This document shows positions 13,665 through 26,381 of a DNA stretch of 64,000 nucleotides, piece by piece. The DNA comes from Antechinus flavipes (lineage: Eukaryota). The stretch lies in NCBI RefSeq assembly GCF_016432865.1, contig NC_067400.1:587078001-587142000 (forward strand), given 5' to 3'. Numbering within the stretch: the stretch's first letter is position 1; the number at the start of each line of letters is the position of its first letter. The position numbers were made by a program, and so were the translations under genes. Below the pieces are notes generated by a model. It did not search any database, was not told the origin of the DNA, and saw nothing but the letters and a program-made list of their open reading frames with translations.

Positions 13665-14290
13665 AAAAAATGTTTTATTGACATCTTTTTGTTTTTACAT
13701 CACCTTCATTTCCAAAGCCCTCCCCCTCCCCTACTGAACAAGACATTCCTTGTAACAATGAATAAAAAATGGAGGGATGGGGAAGCAGTTCAGCAAAACT
13801 AACAAATCAACAAATCAACCAAATCTGGCAGTGCATGCAGTATAACCCACCCATTGTCCCCCACCTTTGTTAAAAAAGAAATGGAGGATGTCCCTTTTCT
13901 CATCCCTCCTCTCAGGGCCAACCATGGCCAACATTGTTCTTTTCATGTACATTACTATAGTTGTTGTGTTGATTATTTCTAATTCTCCCTCATCTTTCCA
14001 CATTTCTCTGAATTTTTCATAGTATTTCTTACAGTGCGATGGTATTTTACCGACCACAACTTGATTGGCCATTCCCTATTGGAGGGATATCTACTTTGTT
14101 TCCCATTCTTGGCTACCACAAAAAGCCATTTCTTTAAATATTGTGGCACACGTGGCGGGTCTTTCTTTCTGTTTTTGACTTCTTTGGAGTATAGACCCAA
14201 TTGTGGGCTCTCCGGGTCAAAATATATCTACTTTAAAGTTTCTCTTTTAGTCTAATTCCTTCCAAAGTAGTTGGACGATTTAAATTTTCT
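13665..14290 (-). mobile_element. Older L1 3' region, antisense
   Basis: ttttattgacatctttttg...ccattccctattggagggatatctactttgtttcccattcttggctaccacaaaaag. Confidence 0.75.
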
Positions 14291-14719
14291 TGTATGTAAA
14301 AAGAAATAGATGGGCTGAATGATCTCTAAAATCCCAGACTCCATGACTCGGTGAGTTTCAGTTTCCTCATCTGTAAAATGGGGATCCTAATGCTTACATA
14401 CTTACCTGTTAAAGAGAGGGCTTTTGCAAATCTTAAACTGCTAGAGTGAGAGCCGCTTTCCTTTTTATCCAGCCTCCCTAGGTCTCCCCGGTCTCATGTC
14501 CCTCTCCTCCCCAGCTTGGTCTCTTTATCGGAGTCAGCTCCCTTCTCTGTAGGGTTTCTTGTACAAACCTTCCCGCTAGCCTCCGTGCCTTGGTTTCCCC
14601 TGGGTCACCCACATAGAAGGTCTTCTTCCCTCCTGCTTTTGGAGCATCCACAGTGAAGGGCTTCCCTCTCTCCGAAAAGGCTCCCTGACCGTTATTTCCA
14701 TGGACTTTGCGTGGTTGGC

Positions 14720-15420
14720 CAGTCAGTCAGTCAGTCAGTGAGTATTTATTAAGCACTTACTGTGTGCCAGGCACTGCGCTGGGTGCCCAGGAAGCAAAGA
14801 AAGACAAAAACAACCGTCTCTGCCCTCTGAGGAGCTCACATTCTAATAGGGGAGATGCCGCGGCAATAGCCAGGCCCGGAAAGATCTACACCAGTCGGGG
14901 GGTATTCCGTGAGGGGAAGGCACTAGAGAAGGAGGGATTCCAGCTGTGTCCTGAAGGAAGCCGGGGCGGGGGAGGGGGGGCCCGGAGCCCGGGATGAGGA
15001 GGGGAGAAGAGTCTAGTCATGAGAGACAGCCGACATGAAGGCCTAGAGGTAGGAGATAAAGGTCCTGGGTGAGGAAAAGTAAGAATGGGAGCGGGCTGTA
15101 CAGTGTGCAGAAAGCGGAAAGAAAGGAGACAGGAAAGGGAGGGAGGAGCTTTCAGTGTCATTCTAGAGCTACCGGGAAGCCATTGCAGGTGACCGGAGGT
15201 GACGTAGTTGGAGCGTTAGGAAAATCGCTTTGGCAGCCAAGGGGGAGACGGGCCAGTGCGGGAGAGACTGAGGCAGGGGGACCCAGAAGAGTGTCCGGGA
15301 GAGAGGGGTGAAGGCCTGAGTCAGGGGGACGGGTCCAAGCCCGGCTACGGTGGTCTTTGCCTTCATGGAGTTCACGATGTGGGAAACTCTGAGAAAATCT
15401 GGACTTAGGAATAGTGCCGG
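14720..15420 (-). mobile_element. L2 3' fragment, unusually CpG-rich
   Basis: Starts with the reverse L2 terminus agtcagtcagtgagtatttattaagcacttactgtgtgccaggcactg, followed by gaggagctcacattctaatagggga and ggagagactgaggcaggg; about 30 CpG counted by eye. Confidence 0.75.
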
Positions 15421-16129
15421 GCCTTCGGAACGCATCGGTCCAGTCTTTTTATTTTATAGAGGAGGCAGTTGTGTACAGAGTGTGGAAGGGACTCGTCCGC
15501 TGTGAGCCGGGCAATAAGATGGCATAGCATGGGGAGGGTGAATTTGGGGTTCCAATCCGTCCTGTGACGCTTCATTTAGCCTCGTTTCCAGGGCATACAA
15601 TTACAACAGCCAGCTTTTACACAGAACTTTGAGATGTGCCCAATGCTTCATATAGAATAACAAGCCTATGAGGTAGGCGCTATCATTACTCCCATTGTCA
15701 AGGTGAGAAAACTGAGGCTGAGAGAGGTTTAATTACACCCCAGCGCCTCACGGCTAGTATATGACTGAAGCGGAATTCAAATTTAGCTCTTTGAGTCTAA
15801 TTCAACAGGCTAACTGCTTCTCGGAACCTCAGTTTCTTCATCTGTGAATGGGGTTTCCAAATACTTATTAGCCTCACAGGTGTGTTATGGGAAAGCGTTC
15901 CTTAAACCTTTAAGCGGCAGAGTCCGGATTCAACCCCAGATGCCAATGGCAGAAACTCAAATTTACTCTTAGTCGGATGCAATGAGATCGGGACTTTTTC
16001 CCTGAGAGCAAGCGCCGGAGCCGTTCTTTCTGGCCGGCCTGCTCACGCCCCTTCCGCCGTAGTCCCGGGCCCCCTCCGGGCGTCCAGGAGTGACCCCACG
16101 AATGAAAACAAAGCGCCGAGCCGCTGACC

Positions 16130-16303
16130 AGTAGGGGAAAATGGTTTCGTTTCTTTTAATTAAACTGACCGAGGAAGCCAAGACACAGACAGAGAGAGAC
16201 CGAGAACAAGACTTGGAAATCGTTTTAGAAAAGAAATGAAACCCGGCCGGTGGACGGAGATGGGGCTGGCGGATGGAGCCACCGGGAGGAGGGGGCCGGA
16301 ACT
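16130..16303 (-). other. IGSF21: Short IGSF21 3' UTR
   Basis: Follows the TGA and leads to an ATTAAA signal; the exact cleavage site is inferred (about 15-30 nt past the signal). Confidence 0.7.
16155..16160 (-). terminator. IGSF21: Polyadenylation signal ATTAAA of IGSF21
   Basis: Plus-strand TTTAAT at 16155-16160, read on the minus strand as cagtttaATTAAAaga; it lies about 145 nt after the stop. Confidence 0.7.
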
Positions 16304-16377
16304 TCACGTCAACTCGAGGATCGCTGTGAGGGCGAGCGCCCAGGTCAGCCTGGCACCGGCGGGGCTCGGGGCGGAAC
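16304..16377 (-). CDS. IGSF21: IGSF21 terminal coding exon (exon 10 equivalent), GPI-anchor signal and stop codon
   Basis: ccgcag|GTTCCGCC...GAGTTGACGTGA; 74 nt. Translates (G)SAPSPAGARLTWALALTAILELT*, versus recalled human [23 protein letters not shown]. Confidence 0.96.
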
Positions 16378-16571
16378 CTGCGGAGACACGGAGGCCGCGG
16401 GGTTAGCGGGGGGCGCCGAGGCGGCTGGTTGGGGCTGGCCCCGCCCGCGCGGGTGGCTGCGGCTTCAGGGGACCTCGGGGGTCGTCAGGTGCAGTCCTCT
16501 CAGCCCCGAGAGGGGAGCGACTTCCCAAAGAGCGCCCCGGTGCAGAGGAAGAGCTAACGAAGGCTTCACGA

Positions 16572-17430
16572 GCCTCTCTCTGTCTTCCCTTTCACTCTCT
16601 CCTCTCTCTCTCTTCCCCTCCCTTCTCTATCTTCCTTTCTCCCTTCCCTCTCCCCCATCTCTTTCCCTCTCTGTCCTCTCATTTCCACTCTCCTCTCTTC
16701 CCTCCTTTTCTCTCTCCCTCTCTCCCCCTCCCTTCTCTCTTTATCTTCCTTCCTCCCTTCCCTCTCCCCCATCTCTTTCCCTCTGTGTCCCTCTCTTTTC
16801 TCTCTCTCTCCTTCTCTTCTCCCTCCCTCCCTCTTTTCTCTCTTACCTCATTCTCCTTCCCTTCTTTTCTCTCTCCTCTCTCCTACTTCCTTCTTTCTCT
16901 GTCTTCCTTTTTCTCTTCTCTTTTCCCATCACTTCCCGTTGCCCTCTCGCTCTCCCTCCTCTTCTCTCTTACTTCTTTCTCTTTCCCTTTTCTATCTCTC
17001 TCACTTCCTTCTCTTGTCTTCCTTTCTCCCTTCCCTCTTCCCCTTTCTACTTCCCCATTTCCCTGTTTTCCCTCCTCCCTCCATTTTCTCTTTCTCTTCT
17101 CCTTTCCTTTCCTTTTCTCCATCCCTTCTTTCTCCACTCTTTCCCCTCCCTCTCTCTACTTCTCCTCTATCTCCATATCCCTTATTATCTTTCTCCCCTC
17201 TCTCCTCCCTCCCTCTTCTTTCCTTTTCTCCTCTTTCCACTCATCTTTTTCTTTCTTTTCTTCTCATCTCTTCTCTTTCCTTGTTCCCTCTTTCCTTTTA
17301 TCTCCCTCCCTCTGTCACTCTCTTTCTCCCTTTCATTCCCTTTCCTATCTTCTTCCCTTTCCCTCTATTCCTCTTTCTCTATTTCATTCTCTATGTCTCT
17401 TATCTTTCGGTATCTCTCTCTCTCTCTCCA
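16572..17430. repeat. Polypyrimidine low-complexity tract (about 860 bp), copy 1
   Basis: Almost only C and T; produces the spurious S/L/P/F ORFs. Confidence 0.95.
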
Positions 17431-19812
17431 TTCACTGGAAAGAGCACATCTCTGAAGTTGGAGGACCTTGTTCAGATCCCACTTTTGACATTTCAAATTA
17501 TGTGACCTTGGGCAACACCTCTGAGCCTAAGTTTCCTTATCAGTCAAATGAGGGATTGGGACTAACCAGCCTCCCTGTGACTATAGATCAAAGATCCTAT
17601 GATTTTAAATCTAATACACTTTCCTTCACATTCTACCGCCTGACATCGTTTAATTTCATTTAATTTGCAGCCAAACAAATAGAGTTGGGACAGTGTGTTT
17701 TTCTGAACTGTTTAGTCTTTCCTCCCCTCCTTCAGTGTGGATAATTGGGGCAGGTCTGTATATAAAGAGCTATCAAGAGTCACCTCATTCAATGTGTGAA
17801 ACAACCTAGAAGGAATTAAAGACATTTGATTAAAATTTAATTAGGGATGGCATTCGAGGCTGTTTGATTTGCTCTTGGACTCAGGCTATAAAAAGAAAAA
17901 AAAATTTCCCCCTAGAGAGCACCTTTCATCTGCACTCTCCAAACACCTCATTTCACTAGAAGTGGAGATGAGAGGAAACAGGACAGGGGCATGAGAAGGC
18001 CCTTAGTCTCCTGCTGCATACAAACCTAGTTGATTCAAAGGACAGATCTCAAACTCATATGTCCCATACTCTTCAGTAGCTCCCTATTGCTTGTTGAGGA
18101 AGGTGAAAATTTTTTTTGCATGTTCAAAAGCCATACTGCTTTCTGACACCAAACCACTTTCCATTCCTTCCCTTGCTTCCCTCCCTTTCTTTTCTTTTCT
18201 TCTCTCTCTCTCTCTCCCCCTCCCTTCTCTATCTTCCTTCCTCCCTTCCTCTCCCCCATCTCTTTCCCTCTCTGTCCTCTCATTTCCACTCTCCTCTCTT
18301 CCCTCCTTTTCTCTCTCCTCTCTTCCCCTCCCTTCTCTCTTTATCTTCCTTCCTCCCTTCCCTCTCCCCCATCTCTTTCCCTCTGTGTCCCTCTCTTTTC
18401 TCTCTCTCTCCTTCTCTTCTCCCTCCCTCCCTCTTTTCTCTCTTACCTCATTCTCCTTCCCTTCTTTTCTCTCTCCTCTCTCCTACTTCCTTCTTTCTCT
18501 GTCTTCCTTTTTCTCTTCTCTTTTCCCATCACTTCCCGTTGCCCTCTCGCTCTCCCTCCTCTTCTCTCTTACTTCTTTCTCTTCCCCTTTTCTATCTCTC
18601 TCACTTCCTTCTCTTGTCTTCCTTTCTCCCTTCCCTCTTCCCCTTTCTACTTCCCCATTTCCCTGTTTTCCCTCCTCCCTCCATTTTCTCTTTCTCTTCT
18701 CCTTTCCTTTCCTTTTCTCCATCCCTTCTTTCTCCACTCTTTCCCCTCCCTCTCTCTACTTCTCCTCTATCTCCATATCCCTTATTATCTTTCTCCCCTC
18801 TCTCCTCCCTCCCTCTTCTTTCCTTTTCTCCTCTTTCCACTCATCTTTTTCTTTTCTTTTCTTCTCATCTCTTCTCTTTCCTTGTTCCCTCTTTCCTTTT
18901 ATCTCCCTCCCTCTGTCACTCTCTTTCTCCCTTTCATTCCCTTTCCTATCTTCTTCCCTTTCCCTCTATTCCTCTTTCTCTATTTCATTCTCTATGTCTC
19001 TTATCTTTCGGTATCTCTCTCTCTCTCTCCATTCACTGGAAAGAGCACATCTCTGAAGTTGGAGGACCTTGTTCAGATCCCACTTTTGACATTTCAAATT
19101 ATGTGACCTTGGGCAACACCTCTGAGCCTAAGTTTCCTTATCAGTCAAATGAGGGATTGGGACTAACCAGCCTCCCTGTGACTATAGATCAAAGATCCTA
19201 TGATTTTAAATCTAATACACTTTCCTTCACATTCTACCGCCTGACATCGTTTAATTTCATTTAATTTGCAGCCAAACAAATAGAGTTGGGACAGTGTGTT
19301 TTTCTGAACTGTTTAGTCTTTCCTCCCCTCCTTCAGTGTGGATAATTGGGGCAGGTCTGTATATAAAGAGCTATCAAGAGTCACCTCATTCAATGTGTGA
19401 AACAACCTAGAAGGAATTAAAGACATTTGATTAAAATTTAATTAGGGATGGCATTCGAGGCTGTTTGATTTGCTCTTGGACTCAGGCTATAAAAAGAAAA
19501 AAAAATTTCCCCCTAGAGAGCACCTTTCATCTGCACTCTCCAAACACCTCATTTCACTAGAAGTGGAGATGAGAGGAAACAGGACAGGGGCATGAGAAGG
19601 CCCTTAGTCTCCTGCTGCATACAAACCTAGTTGATTCAAAGGACATATCTCAAACTCATATGTCCCATACTCTTCAGTAGCTCCCTATTGCTTGTTGAGG
19701 AAGGTGAAAATTTTTTTTGCATGTTCAAAAGCCATACTGCTTTCTGACACCAAACCACTTTCCATTCCTTCCCTTGCTTCCCTCCCTTTCTTTTCTTTTC
19801 TTCTCTCTCTCT
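16610..19812. repeat. Direct tandem duplication, unit about 1601 bp (about 16610-18210 and 18211-19812)
   Basis: ttcactggaa at 17431 and 19032. The unique portion looks identical by eye except G18045 versus T19646; a few more differences lie in the CT tract. Confidence 0.95.
18160..19031. repeat. Polypyrimidine low-complexity tract, copy 2
   Basis: Same text as copy 1 at an offset of about 1601. Confidence 0.95.
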
Positions 19813-21274
19813 CTGTCTCTCTTTCCCCCTCCCTCCCTCCTTTCCATCCTTCCAATATCATATAGCTAGTAAATATCTGAGGTTGGGTCTGAACTCAGGC
19901 CTCCCCAAACTACTTTTCCATATTTATCTACATCCTTCAATGTTGTGGTCAAACTCCCCCTCTCCCAAACAGGGCCCTGTGATCTCTCTCCAGGTCTTTG
20001 TTTCTCATTTGGTTCTCCCTCTTTACCTTTTTAATTGTATTGTCTAACTTGCCCAAGGTCACATAGGTGCTAAAGAGTAGAACCTGTCTCTATCTGAATC
20101 TGTAATTGCAGTCATATACATATGCATAAGCAGTGGTGTGGGTACAGGACTTAAACCTTAAACTTGTGACCCCTTTTTGCCCAAGAATTTTTTACATAGC
20201 TCCAGGTACATAGGTATGTAAAATAGGTATACAAATTAAATATTTGCTGATAGTAAATCATAGTTTCATGACCTTCACATTCAGTTACAAGACCCCGTAT
20301 GAGGTTGTGGCCCACATAGTGGATAGTGGATGGACAGGACTTTACTTGGAGTCAATAAGACTTGAAATGGAATCTCCAGTCAGATATTCTTTGGGTGTGT
20401 GAATCCCTTAATCTCTTTTAATTTCAGTTTTCCCACCTGTAAAATAGGGACAATGTCTTCTAAGGTGTTTGGAGAATCAGTGAGTTAATAAATGAAAGGG
20501 ACTTTGCAAACTCTATGTAAATGCTAACTAGTGTTGTTATTAGTCCGTGTATTCAGTTCCCTTTGCTTCATGGCCCACCTCTTGGGACAGTTCTTCCAGG
20601 CTCTCTATCAGAGTTTTCCTCTCTCTGGGACTGCGCAAAAGAGTGATGGATTGGGAAACAGAAGGTCTATGTTTAACCTTGGGTTTTGCTGCTCATGTGA
20701 ACCTGGGGAAGTCACTCCTTGTTCTCCTCCAAAATGGAAATGGTGGATGAGATGCTTTCCAAATTCCTTTCAAGCTCTTTATGTGTTTGGATAAGTTTTG
20801 GTCTTTCTCTCTGTGTTCAGTGCCCAGCAGGGCCTGGGGGGCTGGAGAAGCAGCCAGATGAACGTGCCAGCTCCTAAAACCAAAGGGGATCTTGGTTGGG
20901 GCAAATGCCTCCAGTGCTTTTTTATTGCTTATATCATCATAATTAATTAATAATTACTATAAATATTAGTTATATTGCTTATGGTTGTTATTTCTGTGTC
21001 ACCACAAATAAGTTGGTTGCTGTGTGGGCAGTTGAGATGTGGTGGAAATAGTCCCCGGGGTGGAGTTAGGAGACAAAAATTTGAGTCCTGGCTTTGATAC
21101 TAAGAAGCAGTGTGAAAATGAATCATTTCTTTGGCCTGGATACCAAGAAGCAGAGGGGAAATAAGTTATTTCTCCTTTCTGGACCTCAGTCTTATCAGCT
21201 GTCAAATGTGGATGGAGAATTATACTAAATGATTTATTCAACTAAAATGCCATGTTTTAACATTTTATATTCGA

Positions 21275-22340
21275 AGGTCCTTCCAAGTTCTGACCTGTGT
21301 TCTAAGGGCCCTCCCAGCTCTGACCTTCTGGGTTCTAAGGGCCCTCCCAGCTCTGACATCCCAGGTTCTAAGGGTCCTCCCAGCTCTGACCTTCTGGGTT
21401 CTAAGGGCCCTCCCAGCTCTGACATCCCAGGTTCTAAGGGTCCTCCCAGCTCTGACCTTCTGGGTTCTAAGGGTCCTCCCAGCTCTGACCTTCCGGGTTC
21501 TAAGGGCCCTCCCAGCTCTGACCTCCTGGGTTCTAAGGGTCCTCCCAGCTCTGACATCCTGGGTTCTAAGGGCCCTCCCAGCTCTGACATTCCGGGTTCT
21601 AAGGGTCCTCCCAGCTCTGACATCCTGTGTTTTAGAGGTTTTCCCAGCTCTGACATCCTGGGTTCTAAGGGCCCTCCCAGCTCTGACCTTCTGTGTTCTA
21701 AGGACCCTCCCAGCTCTGACCTTCTGTGTTCTAAGGGCCCTCCCAGCTCTGACATCCTGGGTTCTAAGGGCCCTTCCAGCTCTGACCTTCTGTGTTCTAA
21801 GGGCCCTTCCAGCTCTGAACTTCTGGGTTCTAAGGGCCCTCCCAGCTCTGACATCCTGGGTTCTAAGGGCCCTCCCAGTTCTGACATCCTGGGTTCTAAG
21901 GGCCCTTCCAGCTCTGTCCTCCTGGGTTCTAAGGGCCCTTCCAGCTCTGACCTCCTGGGTTCTAAGGGCCCTTCCAGCTCTATCCTCCTGGGTTCTAAGA
22001 GCCCTTTCAATCATGACATCTTATGTTTTAATATACCTCCCAGATCTGTGGCTCTGTGTTCTAACATTCTTTCCAATTCTATTATTTTGTGTTTTAGGAG
22101 CCCTCCCAACTTTGCTATTCTATGTTCTAAGGCTTCTGTTAGTCATGTTCTATCATTCTATGTTCTAAGATGCTCCTCAGTTCTGACATTCTATACTCTT
22201 AATTTCCCTTCTAGTCCTGCCATTCTACCTTCTTATATTCTATGTTTAAGGTCCCTCACAATGGAGCTGTTCTATGTCCTGAGGACCTTTCAAGCTCTGA
22301 CTTTCTGCTCCAACATTCTTTGTTCTGAGATCCTTTCCAC
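21275..22340 (-). repeat. 33-bp minisatellite array 1 (about 21 homogeneous units plus a diverged tail)
   Basis: Unit ttctaagggccctcccagctctgacctcctggg; diverged 33-periodic copies continue from about 22000 to 22340. Confidence 0.95.
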
Positions 22341-22389
22341 CTCCTACATCCTCTGTGAGACTCTGCAGAGAGACTCCAGTGGAATCTAG

Positions 22390-22760
22390 TCGCCGGCTGC
22401 TCGGAGCTTCTGCTCCCCCAGGCTCTCGGGTTTTCTCCTGAGCCTGCTGTTCGGGGCTGGCCTGCCCGTCTCTGAGGGTGCCTGGGACCATGGACACGGA
22501 CCCCGTGGTCGGAGCGCCTCACGGTGCGAGTCCCACACAAGGACGCAGGTGGGAGCCGAGTGAGCCGGGGCGGCTGTTTGTGGAGGCGCCCAGGTGCGAG
22601 TCCCCAGCGCTGGGAGACTGTTTGGGTGCGGACTCTCCCCCTGCGGGAACAATGATTCGGGGCACGGCAGCAGGTGCGCCCAGCCTGCCTGTCTAGCCAG
22701 AGAGAGAGTCCTCACTGGGTCCTAATGCTCTCCTGCCCAAGCGGCTCTGGCCGGTGGAAC
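22390..22760. promoter_or_regulatory. Small intronic CpG island (IGSF21 last intron)
   Basis: Dense CpG; contains AACAAT (Sox-like) and CAGGTG (E-box) motifs; function inferred only. Confidence 0.5.
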
Positions 22761-23983
22761 GAGGGACAAAAGGAGCCGGGCAGAAGCTGTGTTCTAATGG
22801 CTTGGTTCTGAGCCTCCAGTCATCTTCTGCAAGGAGGTCCCGGGAGGGAGGGGAGATGGGACTGACCCCAGGGGGATTTCTCCTGGCTGGATCAGTGGGA
22901 ACAAGCTCAGCCTCATGTGAAGGAAATGCTGGAAGGACTTGAGGTGACCAGAGAGCAGAAGGGGCTGCTTGGGCGGGGTTGTGGACCCCCTCCCAGGAGG
23001 ACTTCCCCAGCAGCTGGCCCGGGGGTGCTCGAGGGGACTCATGTTCAGTTGAGTTGGGCTACCTGGCTGCCATGATCTCTTCTACCTCCAGTCATAGGAT
23101 GGTAACTTTAGGGCTGGAAGGGGCTTTGGGGGCCTTCTATCCAGCCCCTCCCTTTGAGTGATGTGCAGAAATTGCTCATCACATTCTTGCTTCTGGAGTT
23201 AGCACTAGTCTTTGGCGTTGTTAGGTGGGCTTTGATTTCTCCCAGGGAGGGTCAGTCAATCTAGTAGTGCTCAGAAAATGATGGGATCATTATTGCCTTA
23301 TGGAAAGGCCTGGGCTGACAGGCAAGAGATGCAGCTTTGAGATCTAGATCAGCTCTAATGTGCTGGGTTCCATTTTCTCAATCATTGGGGCAGCATTTGG
23401 ACCCAAGTTTCCTCACTTCCAGGGTAGGATTCCCATTGCAACAAGATGCCTTAAAATTGATCAGTGGCAAAAATGATGTCAGTGAGACAAGCCTGGCCGT
23501 AAAAATAATTAGGATAATAATGGCAACACGACGATACCTAGAATATTGCTATGGTGCTTTAAGGTTTGATCCTTCTATCAGTTCTAGGAAATAGGGGCCA
23601 TTATCATCCCTCTCCCTTTTACAGATGGGGAAACTGAAGCAAACAGAAAACTGCTAATAGGTATCTGAGATAGGATTTGAACTCAGGTCTTCCTGGCTCT
23701 CAAGACCAAGTACTCTATTTTTTGGATATCTGTATCTTGATTGAGGACTTTGGACATGGGGGAGGGGAGAATCATCTCTCTGCCAACCTCATGTCTTAAC
23801 TATTGTAACTTTCAGATTTTTGTTTGAAATGGGGCTAAGTAGAGAAAAATCCCCCATGTGAGAAATAGGGCTGGGCTTTGGGAGCCAGGGGAGCAGATGT
23901 GGCCACTTCCTTCCAAGGATCCATCACCCATCCAGGACATCCAACTCAATTTCCAGTTGGGAGGCCTAGAAGGAGAAACTTAC

Positions 23984-24022
23984 CATTGGAGTCCTCTGTT
24001 CCTCTGGGAATATTTGGGTTTT
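23984..24022 (-). CDS. IGSF21: IGSF21 39-nt coding mini-exon (exon 9 equivalent)
   Basis: ctgcag|AAAACCCAAATATTCCCAGAGGAACAGAGGACTCCAATG|gtaagt. Translates (E)NPNIPRGTEDSN(G), identical to the recalled human peptide. Confidence 0.96.
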
Positions 24023-25796
24023 CTGCAGGGAACAAAAAAAGGAGAAGAGCATTAAGGGTCTGAGCAAAGTTCTGTGGCATAGGATGAAGCCTGAAAGATG
24101 GAAATGGGGGAAACTTTTGGAGTCAGAGATTCAGAGGTTGTTTTGTAGCATGTACTAAACCACGGCTTGGTAGACATCCCACCTTAGATGTGTACTTATA
24201 CTTCTTGGGGCCTCAGTTTTCTCATTGGTAAATGAGGGAGGTTGTAATGAGTAATCTTGAAGGTCTCTTGTGGTACTAAATCTGTGATTCTTTCATCTTG
24301 TTCTATCACACTGACTTTGGGGAGAGCTAAAGTGAATACTCAAAGGCCATTCTCTCAGGAGATTGAATAAGAATTTGAAAGATATTTAGCACAATGCCTG
24401 CCATGTAGTAGATGCTGCATAAATGCTCGTATATAACCTTCCTACAATACTACCTTCAAATTATCCACTTTCAAAGTCCTGTGCAAATGAAAGATTGTTA
24501 TTTTCACTAAATTTCTAAAATAATGACAATAATAATAGTAATAACCAACATTTTAATAACTCTCTAAAGTTTGCAAACACTTTATTATTTTATCTTAATA
24601 CGCCTGGGAGGTAGATGTTATTTTTATCCCTATTTTGCAGATGAGCAAACTGAGACATACAGAGGTTGAATCACTCAGAGGAACCTCACTACATTAACCC
24701 AGTTGTGGACTGGGTTTTCTTAATTCTCTAAGAACAACAAGAACGATCTCACGATCTCCCTCTGTTCTGGCATTCGCTCCCCCTTGTTGTCAGACAATTC
24801 TTTTTTGTGTCTAATCCAATTCGTTCATGTAGCACTCATCAAGGTTATTTCTTGGGGTTTAGTCCCTTCCAACTTCAAATTTGTGATTTTCCTATGGGGC
24901 AGAAGAACCCAATGCTGTTCTGATTACCACCTAGGACTGCTTTGGGGTGTGGATACAACCACAGCGGTCTTTTAATCCCTAGGTAAAGAAAGGGATCCCT
25001 CTTCTATGATCTTCATGGAGTCAGACAAGATGGTCTAGTTTAATATTTCGCAGTTGAGAGAGAGGAAATTACTTATCCAAAGCTGCACTGATAGTAAATA
25101 ATAGACAACATTTAAACTCGGGTCTTCTGCCTCCAAATAAAATCCTCACATCCTACTTCCTCTGCCCCAGTTGGCCTTCAGATCCAAAGAGCACCCTTCC
25201 TGAACCCTTACCTAGGGGTCCGTCCTTTTAGATTAAGATCTAGAGCCGGAAGAAGCCAGACATAGAGCTGGAAGTGGCTTTAGAATTTGTCTAGTTCAAT
25301 ACCTCATCTTACAAATGGGGAAACTGAGGCCCAGAGAGGCTAAGTTAAACGTAAGGTTATATTCTACAATTTACAAGGTAAACCTTATAAATCCAAGATT
25401 ATCTAAGCTAATAAGTCATATGGTCAGGATTCAAATCCAGGGCCCTTTCTGCTCTGTTTCTTCAAGGCCAGTAGATTGGGCAGGTAAGAGTTTGGTGGGT
25501 AAGTGCTGAAGTCAGGAAAACCTGAATTAAAATCTTGCCTCAGACAGCAATGGGATAACCCTTGAATCAAAACCACTTAGTTGCCATATGTTTCAGTTTC
25601 CTCATTTGTAAAATAGGGAATAATTATTATTCTCTTATAGGTCACTATATATTTACATATAATTGTGATTATTACCTTAATCCAGGGTTATTGTGAAGAT
25701 CACAAGTGTGTAAAGTGTAAAGTGTTTTGTAAAATTTAAACAATATAAACTCTAGCTATTATCATTCATCACTAGTTATTATTAGCATCATGATTA

Positions 25797-26381
<585 letters not shown>

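Larger units (their letters stand above)
15970..16570. promoter_or_regulatory. CpG island over the IGSF21 terminal exon
   Basis: Very high GC and CpG density against a CpG-poor background. Confidence 0.75.

Noticed and set aside
16250-19264. S/L/P/F-rich and E/R/G/K-rich ORFs of up to 401 aa
   Set aside because: Pure CT/GA low-complexity DNA cannot form stop codons; the ORFs are duplicated with the tandem repeat.
20700-20875. Possible alternative terminal exon after ttttag at about 20875 (minus strand)
   Set aside because: The translation has no similarity to the GPI signal, and the genuine terminal exon is at 16304-16377.
22392-22440. Minus-strand ...cagGAGAAAACCCGAGAG resembling the start of exon 9
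   Set aside because: The true 39-nt exon with a full peptide match is at 23984-24022; similarity here stops after three codons.
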